Part shown: positions 48,539 through 57,565 of the stretch, in pieces
Layout: each line of letters opens with the position of its first letter
Numbering within the stretch: the stretch's first letter is position 1
NCBI GenBank assembly: GCA_905212975.1
Contig: CAJMGO010000001.1
Span: 110,650 to 174,649 of the forward strand
From: an uncultured Bacillota bacterium
GTDB taxonomy: Bacteria; Bacillota_I; Bacilli_A; RF39; UBA660
Reading direction: 5' to 3'
Length of the DNA: 64,000 bases
The notes under the pieces: generated by a model
What the model saw: only the letters and a program-made list of their open reading frames with translations
What the model was told of the DNA's origin: nothing
Databases searched by the model: none
Position numbers and translations under genes: made by a program

Positions 48539-49735
48539 GTGGTGGTTAAAAAAGTTTTCAACAAAAATGAAAATAAAATATTATTAATGTTAGCTTTTTT
48601 TAGTATTTCTATTGGACTTTGGAATAATTTTAGGCAATTATGGTTAGAAGATAACTCATTTTCTGTTTCAAATATTAGTAATATCATAAGCCTAGGTACA
48701 TTGATAAGTGTAATAGCAATAGCATTAATTGGAAAATATGTAAAATTAAATAAACTAAAAAACACATTATCAATTGTTCTTATTTTAAAATTTGTTAATA
48801 TGTTGTTCTTATATATTTTAAATAATTCAAATTTATTATTGCTAATCAATATCTTGATAATAATTGATATTGTCACAGAATACATAACCATAACAAGTAT
48901 TTATCCGTTAATAACAACACTTACTAAAAATGGTACTATATATAGCAAGAGAAGATTAACAGAATATTTGTTTAGGGACATCGGAATATTATTTGGTGGT
49001 ATTTTTATTGGAAAGACTATTTCTGGAATTTTAATTAATTATAATGTTTGTTTAATAATTTCAAATATATTTCTATTAATTTCTATTTTTATAATAATGA
49101 CAATGAGAATAGATACAAGTAATGAAATAAGCAAAGACAAAACTTCTTGTTTAAAAATTGTATTAAAAAGTAAAATTATGTATTTATATTTAATATATAC
49201 ATTGATTGGTACTATTGCTATGTCAACTGCATTGGGTTTAAAAATGTTAACATTAACAAATTATTTTAATTTTAGTGATAATATGGCAACAGTATATTTA
49301 TTAGTAATTGGATTATTAGCAGATGTATTTGGAATAATTGCTTTAAAATATCTAACACCAAAAAATGATTACCTAACGATAACATTAAAATTTGGTATAA
49401 GGTTTTTAGGATATATTTTAGCCTTCTTTTCTAATAATTTATTTATTATTATAATAGCAATATCTTGGTCAATTTTTATATCTACAGCATATGAAAATAT
49501 TTGTGATGCGGTATATATAAATAGACTTGAAAATAGATATCAATTAAGTTTTTCAAATATGTGTCATATTATAAGATTTTTAGGAGAATCAATAGGGGTG
49601 TTTCTTTGTGGAATAATGTATGAAATAGGATTAAAATATATGTTTGGATTGTCAGCATTGTTTATGGTGTTTCAAATTAGTATAGCCTATTATTTAATAA
49701 GTTTAAGAAAGAAAGAGGCTGTTATCAATGAGTAG
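48539..49735 (+). CDS. MFS-like membrane transporter
   Basis: 398 aa with about 12 hydrophobic helices. GTG start after agaggaga. Confidence 0.55.
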   Translation: MVVKKVFNKNENKILLMLAFFSISIGLWNNFRQLWLEDNSFSVSNISNIISLGTLISVIAIALIGKYVKLNKLKNTLSIVLILKFVNMLFLYILNNSNLLLLINILIIIDIVTEYITITSIYPLITTLTKNGTIYSKRRLTEYLFRDIGILFGGIFIGKTISGILINYNVCLIISNIFLLISIFIIMTMRIDTSNEISKDKTSCLKIVLKSKIMYLYLIYTLIGTIAMSTALGLKMLTLTNYFNFSDNMATVYLLVIGLLADVFGIIALKYLTPKNDYLTITLKFGIRFLGYILAFFSNNLFIIIIAISWSIFISTAYENICDAVYINRLENRYQLSFSNMCHIIRFLGESIGVFLCGIMYEIGLKYMFGLSALFMVFQISIAYYLISLRKKEAVINE

Positions 49736-50258
49736 AATTACCTTAATAACAAAATTCAAAGAAAAAGAACTAAATAATCAACTAAAGAATATTCATTATC
49801 ATATGTGTAAAGTACCTTATGGTATTAATGATGAATTGAGAAATGAAATTGATAATTTGCCATATCATTTTACAATATTTGCTACTGATAAACAAAATGA
49901 AAGTAAGTTATTAAATATTGCTAGTGATATAAAAATGAATAAAATAAAATTAAAAATTAACGATATAAGAATAATGAATGAGCGAAATAATAGTTTTGTA
50001 TTATACTTTTCCATAGAAGAAAATAAAGATATAAAAGAATTACAGAAAAAATTCTTTTAACAAATTCCTGGAGAGAATTATGATCCAGATAAATTTACTT
50101 TTCATATGACATTACATATTGATAAAGATGAAAAATTAGTTAATAAAATAAAAGAAGAGATAGAATTTAATTTTAAGTCATTTAGACTTGTATTTGATGA
50201 ATTAGCTTTATATGACTATCCTGGAGATATGATTAAAGAAATTAGTATAAAGGAGTAA
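49728..50258 (+). pseudogene. 2H phosphoesterase (LigT-like) interrupted by one in-frame TAA (50058-50060)
   Basis: The first HxT motif HFTIFAT lies before the stop. The second, FHMTLHI, lies after it in the same frame (..QKKFF*QIPGENYDPDKFTFHMTLHI..). Confidence 0.6.
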
Positions 50259-50264
50259 AATAAT

Positions 50265-50735
50265 ATGATAGAAAATTTAAAAGATAAATATGTATTTTTT
50301 GATGTTGATGGAACATTGTCTGAGTATAGATATAAAGATAGATTATATGGCGGCGGATGTTCTGAACTTGGCTGTCAATCGCTTGAAGATTTATTGTTTA
50401 ATGATTTATTTTATAAGGCTAGACCACTTAAAACAATGCAAAGAGTTATAGAAAATTTGGACAGTAATAAAATACTTATTTTAGGTGCAGTTACAACTAA
50501 TACTGAAATAGAACAAAAATATAAATGGCTATCTAAACATTATCCAAATGTAAAAAGAGAAAATATATTTTTTATATGTTCTACATTATTAAAACCAGAA
50601 GTTATAATTGAATATTGTAAACACTATAACATTGATATAAAACAAACAGTATTTGTAGATGATAGAATAGATGTTTTAAGAAAAGCAGAAGAAATGGGAA
50701 TAACAGCATATCATCCTAGTTCTTTTACAGAATGA
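50265..50735 (+). CDS. HAD-superfamily phosphatase (nucleotidase-like)
   Basis: VFFDVDGTLSE (DxDxT) and FVDDR. Confidence 0.65.
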   Translation: MIENLKDKYVFFDVDGTLSEYRYKDRLYGGGCSELGCQSLEDLLFNDLFYKARPLKTMQRVIENLDSNKILILGAVTTNTEIEQKYKWLSKHYPNVKRENIFFICSTLLKPEVIIEYCKHYNIDIKQTVFVDDRIDVLRKAEEMGITAYHPSSFTE

Positions 50736-50751
50736 GTAGGAAAATTGAAGT

Positions 50752-51969
50752 ATGAAAAGATTATTAAGAATTAGTTTTGATTTATCACTATTATCATTTA
50801 TACCAATAATATCTTGGTTTCTACTTGGAATAATAGTTGATAAGAATTTAATTAATATATTTACACTAACTTATCCGTTACAATTTATATATTATATAAT
50901 TAAGTCTATATTTTCTACTGGGGCTAATATAAGTAAAGAAAAAGATAAAAATGAAAATGCAGTAATGTCAGGTTTAGTATTAGGAACAATTGTTTCTATA
51001 ATTATTTTTACTATAATTCTATTAAATGTAGATAATTATATTAGTTTTATGAATATGGATATAAGTACATATAAAAACTTTACTATATATTCAATATTAC
51101 AACTATTTATTTGTTTAGAATTTGCGATGATGCAAGATAAACTATATTATGAAGAAAAAAATAAATTAGCAAATAAACATTCTTTAGTATTTAATTTGTT
51201 AAATTTTATATTATTGATTGGAACATCTTTAATAACAAAAAATCAAGTTATTATAATTGCAACAACATTAATTCCATTAGCAATATATACTTTGTATATT
51301 TATATTAAAAATAGTAATAATTTTAAATTTAATATTAATGTATTAAAGTGTATAAAATACGATTCAGTTGAGTTGTTCAATAATATTGCATTCTTTTTAA
51401 TATTCTTGTTTGGATTATCTAATGCCTTAGAATATGGAGAAATGTATGCAACTGCTTTAACTTTTATAGCATTAATAACAGATACACAGTGGGATACTTT
51501 TGATGCTATAAAAGAGGCAGCAACAATAGATATTAGTAAAAGAAAATTTAATTATATAGAACATAGAAATAATGCTTACAAATTATCAGGAATATTATTT
51601 GGGACAAGCTTAATTATGTTTGTATTATTATATGGATTTTATGATTTAGATTTTAAAATTACAATGCTATATTTTTCATTTGAAATAGTTAATTTTTTAA
51701 TTTATCCAATATATAGAATTAAAACTTGTTATTTACAATTAGAATATTCAGCTTTTAAAATTACATCAAATAAGATAATAGCATCAATACTTAGAATGTT
51801 CATGTCATTATTAAAAACGCCATTTTGTACAGGAATAGGACAAGTTTGTTCATCAGTTTATCAATTTATAACAGTTAGTATAATGTTTGGTCATAGTTTT
51901 AAAATTGATAAAACAGGTTGTGTTGTTAAAAAGAAATCAATATTGAATAATGATACTATGACAGACTAA
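50752..51969 (+). CDS. Polytopic membrane protein, possibly MOP/flippase-like
   Basis: 405 aa with at least 10 hydrophobic helices. No specific motif. Confidence 0.45.
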   Translation: MKRLLRISFDLSLLSFIPIISWFLLGIIVDKNLINIFTLTYPLQFIYYIIKSIFSTGANISKEKDKNENAVMSGLVLGTIVSIIIFTIILLNVDNYISFMNMDISTYKNFTIYSILQLFICLEFAMMQDKLYYEEKNKLANKHSLVFNLLNFILLIGTSLITKNQVIIIATTLIPLAIYTLYIYIKNSNNFKFNINVLKCIKYDSVELFNNIAFFLIFLFGLSNALEYGEMYATALTFIALITDTQWDTFDAIKEAATIDISKRKFNYIEHRNNAYKLSGILFGTSLIMFVLLYGFYDLDFKITMLYFSFEIVNFLIYPIYRIKTCYLQLEYSAFKITSNKIIASILRMFMSLLKTPFCTGIGQVCSSVYQFITVSIMFGHSFKIDKTGCVVKKKSILNNDTMTD

Positions 51970-52087
51970 ATATAGATATATTGTGTCTAATTTTATCGTC
52001 ATTGCCGTCATTTTATGTAAATTATGTAAAAAAAATCAAAAAACAATGTTATAATAGAAAACAAATAAATGAATTTAGGAGGATATT

Positions 52088-52675
52088 ATGTATAGTGAAG
52101 ATGCTTATTGCTTGGGATTATTATATGCGCATATATATGCGAATAAAAAAATGGTATTAAAAGATGATCTGGATAAATTCCATAAAATTATTGAATCTAA
52201 TTTAAGGAGTATGAATAAAGATATATATGCCACTGGTTGGTATGATAATGATCCTAGTATATATTTTGCAAGTGAAGGAAAAAATGGTGAAATATATTAT
52301 GTTTTATATCCTAATTTTGATTTAGATAGAGCTAAGTCAAAATATATAGGATGTTTATCTACTGATGTATTAGTTGCTTCTCAAAAAGAAAATGCATTAA
52401 ATTCAATAGATTTAAAAAAAGAAAACGGAAGAATTGTTAAGAAAAAAATAAATGAATTGCGAATTCCTACTTATGACTTTTTAAAAGATGTAGAAGTTTG
52501 TGAGATTAAGCATAACGAAGATCATATACAACTTCAAGAAGCAGCTAATAGAAGAATTGAGGAAGGTAGACGTAGGGAAGCAAAAGCTTGGCATGATGCT
52601 AAAGATTTTCATGTTGGAACAAGTGCAGTTGATGTTGAAATAGGACAAGAAATAAAAAAATTAATACGAAAATAA
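52088..52675 (+). CDS. Hypothetical protein
   Basis: RBS taggaggatattATG. 195 aa with a charged helical C-terminus (RRIEEGRRREAKAW). Confidence 0.5.
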   Translation: MYSEDAYCLGLLYAHIYANKKMVLKDDLDKFHKIIESNLRSMNKDIYATGWYDNDPSIYFASEGKNGEIYYVLYPNFDLDRAKSKYIGCLSTDVLVASQKENALNSIDLKKENGRIVKKKINELRIPTYDFLKDVEVCEIKHNEDHIQLQEAANRRIEEGRRREAKAWHDAKDFHVGTSAVDVEIGQEIKKLIRK

Positions 52676-52685
52676 GGTGAAAGTT

Positions 52686-53291
52686 ATGTCTATATTAAAA
52701 AATAGATATTATTGTATTAGTAAAGATAACAAAGTATTTGCATATATAATTGTAAAAAAAGATTTTTATGCAGAAGGATTTATTATTGATGAGGGAATTG
52801 TATTATCTGGTTATTTCTTTAATTATGGGCAATTGAATTGTTTCAAATTAGACAATTCAACGCAAGAAATAAATTCTATGCCGAAAAGTATTTCTTTTGT
52901 TCCAACAATTAAAAGTCGTTCAATAAATTTAGACGGAATCATAGAATATCCTCAATTTGATTTATATAATTCTGAGATGGATGAATATTGTAGTACTTGG
53001 TTAAAGGATAAATATGATTCATCTTATTCAATTAATTTAATTGATAATCCAGAGTATATTGAAAAAATAAACTATTTAATAAGAAAAGGTATTAGTAATT
53101 TAAATGAAAAAAATAAAAATATCTATGATTACATAAAAAATCATAGATATTGTAATTTGAAAGAACAATTAAGAGATATTAGTTTATCTTCTTTTGATGA
53201 AGAATTAATAACTGATTTAAAGGATTATTTAAATATATTAAATTCTAATAAAGAACAGAAAACAAAAAAATTAAGAAAAAGAAAAAAATAA
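52686..53291 (+). CDS. Hypothetical protein, translationally coupled to 52088..52675
   Basis: The RBS AAGGTGA overlaps the upstream stop. The tail is Lys-rich (KTKKLRKRKK). Confidence 0.5.
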   Translation: MSILKNRYYCISKDNKVFAYIIVKKDFYAEGFIIDEGIVLSGYFFNYGQLNCFKLDNSTQEINSMPKSISFVPTIKSRSINLDGIIEYPQFDLYNSEMDEYCSTWLKDKYDSSYSINLIDNPEYIEKINYLIRKGISNLNEKNKNIYDYIKNHRYCNLKEQLRDISLSSFDEELITDLKDYLNILNSNKEQKTKKLRKRKK

Positions 53292-53358
53292 TAGGAGGAA
53301 ACAATATGGGTAATTTTAATGAAGAGATGAAAAAAGAATTAACAGAATATACTTAAAA

Positions 53359-53538
53359 ATGGATGAATTAGCTCATAATCTATCAAGTAGACTTAATATA
53401 AAGAATAATTCAATAAATCAAAGTCAAGATAGTCGAGAAGCAATATCTAAACAAGATGAAATTGAAAAAGAACTATATGAAGTTAGAGTATTTAATGAAG
53501 ATGATAGAAAAAATAATAAGTCTTGTAAATTAGAGTAA
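53359..53538 (+). CDS. Small coiled-coil ORF (59 aa), possibly the frameshifted continuation of a 16-codon ORF at 53306..53356
   Basis: A strong RBS ataggaggaaacaatATG serves the 16-codon ORF, which ends in an A-run (acttaaaaatgg). The 59-aa ORF is in another frame and has no RBS of its own. Confidence 0.3.
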   Translation: MDELAHNLSSRLNIKNNSINQSQDSREAISKQDEIEKELYEVRVFNEDDRKNNKSCKLE

Positions 53539-53589
53539 CACAAAGCCTTACTATACATAGATGATGTATCTGAAAAATACTCAAATGAT

Positions 53590-53853
53590 ATGGAAAATAA
53601 TGTTTATTATGAATGCATATGTTTAGAATGTGGTAAACATAAAGATTATAAAATGTCTTTATCCGATAGAAGGCATATAATAAAAACTAATTTATCGCCT
53701 ATGGAAACTTTCATGTCATTTTATGAAGTAAGAAAAAGATATTTAGAATTAATAAAACAAAATTGTACAGTAGAAGAAATAATTGATAATTTGAATTCCT
53801 TTTATAAAAAGAATCAGGAACAAGGCCCAGTATTAACAAAAAAGAAAAACTAA
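53590..53853 (+). CDS. Small hypothetical protein with a CxCxxC cluster
   Basis: 87-aa ORF containing YYECICLECGKH. The RBS is weak. Confidence 0.4.
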   Translation: MENNVYYECICLECGKHKDYKMSLSDRRHIIKTNLSPMETFMSFYEVRKRYLELIKQNCTVEEIIDNLNSFYKKNQEQGPVLTKKKN

Positions 53854-53985
53854 TTCTAGTTTAAGATTTCAATTAATTTTAAATTTTAGAGGTTTTGGGT
53901 TTTTCCTATATTGAATTTTTCGGGATGACAAATTCAGGGCTGGCTAAGACAATAATTTTAATAAAATAAGCATTAGTTTTTTTCA

Positions 53986-54306
53986 CTAATGCTTATTATT
54001 TTTTTCAAAAATTAACGGGTTATCATTCTTAATTTTTAAATTATATTTTATTAAAAGTATTTCTTTGATTTTTGGTATCATATCATCTATTGATTCTTGA
54101 TAACAACACAGCATATCAAATGTAGAATTAATATGATTATATAGAGGAGAATCACATAAACAATCTTTATAGAAACAATCTTTCAAATAAAATGCAATTG
54201 CTTCTGGAATGATAAAACTTACCATATATTTTTTAAAATTATTATCTATTGGAACAATTCTATTAAAGAATTCTTCATCTGATACATCTTTACCGTTTAG
54301 AATCAT
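53986..54306 (-). CDS. Hypothetical Cys-rich protein
   Basis: 106-aa ORF followed by a bidirectional hairpin AAGCATTAGT/ACTAATGCTT (53968-53996). Confidence 0.45.
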   Translation of the reverse strand: MILNGKDVSDEEFFNRIVPIDNNFKKYMVSFIIPEAIAFYLKDCFYKDCLCDSPLYNHINSTFDMLCCYQESIDDMIPKIKEILLIKYNLKIKNDNPLIFEKNNKH

Positions 54307-54582
54307 ATATAAATATCTTCTTTCAAAATAACTTCATCAACAACATTTTTATAATTATTCATTTTATTTTTTTTAGATAGTTTTTTATTTTTTTTTCCTG
54401 TAGTTATTCATCATAGTTTCAAATTTTATATTACATTCATTACTTACTGAAGAAAGATAGTCAGTAAGTTGATTATTCATTAGTAGGTTTCTATATAATT
54501 GTTTTTTATGTTTTTTAATATAATTTAGTTTTAACAATGATACGGATAAAATATAAATTATCCGTATGAATGAAAAAAACAA
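54303..54582 (-). pseudogene. TnpV-like gene remnant in two fragments
   Basis: KKHKKQLYRNLLMNNQLTDYLSSV... and, in another frame, MNNYKNVVDEVILKEDIYI* (54303-54362). These resemble the central and C-terminal parts of transposon protein TnpV as I recall them. The N-terminus is missing. Confidence 0.5.
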
Positions 54583-54587
54583 TATTG

Positions 54588-54639
54588 TTCCGCAAATGGT
54601 ATAAAATATATTGACATATTATTCCAGAAACGGTATAAT
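54588..54639 (+). promoter_or_regulatory. Promoter of the Fic/ATPase operon, with two 17-nt direct repeats that may be an operator
   Basis: TTGACA (54611-54616), 17-nt spacer, TATAAT (54634-54639). The repeats are TTCCGCAAATGGTATAA (54588-54604) and TTCCAGAAACGGTATAA (54622-54638). Confidence 0.55.
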
Positions 54640-54660
54640 CTATATATAGAGGTGATAACT

Positions 54661-55575
54661 ATGCAAATTAGAGAAGCTAGTGAAAAATGGAATATTAGTG
54701 AAAGAAGAATAAGACAACTTATTCAAGATGGAAGAATTGAAGGTGCTGAAAAAATAGGCACAACATGGAATATTCCAGATGATGCTAATAAGCCGATTGA
54801 TAAAAGGGTAAAAGATGAAATAGAATTCAAAATAGATCTACCTGAAGATTATTTTAAAGAAGTTGATGAAAAACTTGAAAAATTAAATAGTAAAAGGCCC
54901 TTATCTAAAGAAGCAACTGAGTCATTACAAAATGCAATTAATCTTGAATGGACATATAACAGTAATGGTATTGAAGGTAATACATTAACATTAAAAGAAA
55001 CTAAAGTAGTATTAGAAGGTATTACTATAGGTGGAAAGTCTGTAAGAGAGCACTTAGAAGCCATAAACCATGAAAATGCTATTGAATACTTAGAAGAATT
55101 AATTGGTACAAAAAGTGAAATATCCGAATGGAATATTAAAGGATTACATCAATTAGTTTTAAAAGGAATTGATGATGAAAATGCCGGAAAATATAGAAAT
55201 CATAATGTAATTATAGGTGGAGCACAACACAGACCACCAGAATATATAAAGGTTCCAGAATTGATGGAAAAATTAATGATGAACTATGATGAATGGGATA
55301 AATATCATCCAATAGTAAGAGCAGCATTATTGCATGGTGAATTAGTTAAAATTCATCCATTTATAGATGGAAATGGTAGAACATCTAGATTAATAATGAA
55401 TATGGAATTAATGAGAAGTGGATATGTACCAGTTATTATTAAAAAAGATAATAGATTAAAATATTATGAAGCACTCGATAAAGCGCATACAACAGGTGAT
55501 TATACTGATTTTGTTAAATTAGTAACAGAAGCGGAAAATGAAATGCTTGATAGATATTTATCAGTAATTGAATAA
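54661..55575 (+). CDS. Fic-family protein with an N-terminal HTH domain (intact)
   Basis: HTH-like MQIREASEKWNISERRIRQLIQDGRIEGAEKIG. The inhibitory motif is SNGIEG, and the catalytic motif HPFIDGNGRTSR is complete. Confidence 0.85.
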   Translation: MQIREASEKWNISERRIRQLIQDGRIEGAEKIGTTWNIPDDANKPIDKRVKDEIEFKIDLPEDYFKEVDEKLEKLNSKRPLSKEATESLQNAINLEWTYNSNGIEGNTLTLKETKVVLEGITIGGKSVREHLEAINHENAIEYLEELIGTKSEISEWNIKGLHQLVLKGIDDENAGKYRNHNVIIGGAQHRPPEYIKVPELMEKLMMNYDEWDKYHPIVRAALLHGELVKIHPFIDGNGRTSRLIMNMELMRSGYVPVIIKKDNRLKYYEALDKAHTTGDYTDFVKLVTEAENEMLDRYLSVIE

Positions 55576-55602
55576 TTATTAAAAATCAGGAGGTAGCAGT
55601 AT

Positions 55603-57564
55603 ATGTATGTTAATAATATCAAAATAAAAAATTATGGTTCAATAGAAGAACTTGAAATAAATGCAAGTTTAAACGAAGATGGTTCACCAAAGCCAATAAT
55701 TCTAATGGGAAAAAACGGATCAGGTAAAACACTTTTACTCTCTCAAATTATTCAAGCTATATTACTATATAAGTCTGATAAATATAATGAAATGCCTGAA
55801 AAAGATAAAAATCAACTATATAAAGTAATGTCTACATCATATATAAAAAATGATAAAGAAGAGTCTTTTGTTTCTGTATCATTTAACAATAAAAAATATA
55901 ACTATGTTGAAGTAATGAGTAAGAATCCAAATAATACTATTGAAAATAATAGTTATCCTGATTATACTTCAAAATTGAAAAATAATACTGACTTTAAAGG
56001 AACAGGAATGTATAACGATAAAACTGGAGAATTAGACTATGATAAAAATGTATGTCTATATTTTCCTGTTGATAGACATTATATACCAGGATGGAAAAAT
56101 AATAACTTAAAATCTAATATTGGAGCAGAAAATAAAATAATCGGCATAAATACAAGAAATGTATTATGTAATACAATACAAAATGATTTTGAAGGATTTA
56201 TTATTAATTCTGTGGTAGATCAATATTTATATGATCAAAAAAAATTTCTTAGAAATGGTGAAAGATTTTTAACAGATTCAGCAGGTAATCCGATAATTAA
56301 TTATATTGGCAAAAATAACAGTATAATTAATTTTATTAATAGTATACTTAGTGAGTTTAAGAATGATAAATATAACAGAAAAAGATTATATATAAGCAGA
56401 AAAGAAAACAGAAAAATTGGTGTAATGGGAATAAAAAATAATGGCGGTGATGAAGAAATTATTGACTCGTTTAGTAAACTTTCAACTGGCGAGTATTCAC
56501 TATTATCTATGTTTATTGCTATACTAATGGATTATGACAAAACTCAATCTAATAATTCATTTAATTTCCAAGACATTAAGGGAATTGTTCTTGTCGATGA
56601 AGCTGAATTAAATCTTCATATTGATTTGCAAATGAATGTTCTTCCAAGGTTGATGAAGAAATTTAAAAATGTTCAATTTATTATTACTACACAGTCTCCT
56701 TTTTTGATATATGGTATTAATGATATATATAAGGGTGCTTGTGATATATATGATATGCCTAAAGGAATTAAGGTTGAAAACATAATTGATTTATCCGAAG
56801 TAAAAAAAACATATGATGCATTGATTGAACATAATGAAAATTTATTTAGCTTAGTAAATCAAACAAAAAACAAAATTAAAGATTCAAATGCTGATTTAAT
56901 AGTTATAACCGAAGGAAAAACTGATCCTATTTATTTAAAAATGGCTAAGAATAAATTAGTAGTATTAAAAGATAAAAAAATAAAGTTTATTGGATTAAAA
57001 ACTGAAGACGCTAACAAATATCAAGATGAAGGCTGGACTGCTTTAAATAAATTAGCAGAAGCATTGACTGTTGTACCTCAAAGTGTGCCTGTAGTATTAA
57101 TGTATGATAGGGATGTTTTGATTAAAGAAATGCTAGAAAATAAATATCTTGAATTTTCTGAAAATATTTACAAAATGTGTATTCCTATACCATCACACAG
57201 AAATGATAGTAAAGATCTTTGTATAGAGCATTATTTTAAAGATAGTGAACTTAAACGAAAAGATGCTGAAGGAAGAAGATTATACTTAGGTAAAGAATTT
57301 AACAAAAACGGCATAAGTTATAAAGGAAATTTAATGTGTAAATCACTTGAAAAATGTGGTGCAGATAGTATAAAAATACTTGATGGATCAGGAAAAACTA
57401 AAATTTATGATCAAGGTGATGAAGAACAAAAAAATTTGGCACTTTCAAAAATTGCTTTTGCTAATAATATAAAAGATGAAATAGAAAATTTTAATGATTT
57501 TAATTTTAAAGAATTTAATAGTATTTTTTCTATTTTTGAAGAAATAATAAATATAAAAAAATAG
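55603..57564 (+). CDS. ABC/AAA_15-21-type ATPase fused to a TOPRIM-like (OLD / DUF4435-like) C-terminal domain
   Basis: Walker A GKNGSGKT, signature-like LSTGEYSLLS, Walker B IVLVDEAELNLH, and ITTQSPF. The C-terminal domain has IVITEGKTD ... LMYDRD (E ... DxD). Confidence 0.75.
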   Translation: MYVNNIKIKNYGSIEELEINASLNEDGSPKPIILMGKNGSGKTLLLSQIIQAILLYKSDKYNEMPEKDKNQLYKVMSTSYIKNDKEESFVSVSFNNKKYNYVEVMSKNPNNTIENNSYPDYTSKLKNNTDFKGTGMYNDKTGELDYDKNVCLYFPVDRHYIPGWKNNNLKSNIGAENKIIGINTRNVLCNTIQNDFEGFIINSVVDQYLYDQKKFLRNGERFLTDSAGNPIINYIGKNNSIINFINSILSEFKNDKYNRKRLYISRKENRKIGVMGIKNNGGDEEIIDSFSKLSTGEYSLLSMFIAILMDYDKTQSNNSFNFQDIKGIVLVDEAELNLHIDLQMNVLPRLMKKFKNVQFIITTQSPFLIYGINDIYKGACDIYDMPKGIKVENIIDLSEVKKTYDALIEHNENLFSLVNQTKNKIKDSNADLIVITEGKTDPIYLKMAKNKLVVLKDKKIKFIGLKTEDANKYQDEGWTALNKLAEALTVVPQSVPVVLMYDRDVLIKEMLENKYLEFSENIYKMCIPIPSHRNDSKDLCIEHYFKDSELKRKDAEGRRLYLGKEFNKNGISYKGNLMCKSLEKCGADSIKILDGSGKTKIYDQGDEEQKNLALSKIAFANNIKDEIENFNDFNFKEFNSIFSIFEEIINIKK

Positions 57565-57565
57565 C

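Noticed and set aside
53306-53538. Apparent third case of an in-frame TAA splitting a gene
   Set aside because: On recounting, the downstream 59-aa ORF (ATG 53359) is in a different frame from the 16-codon ORF. At most it is a frameshift in an A-run, not an in-frame stop.
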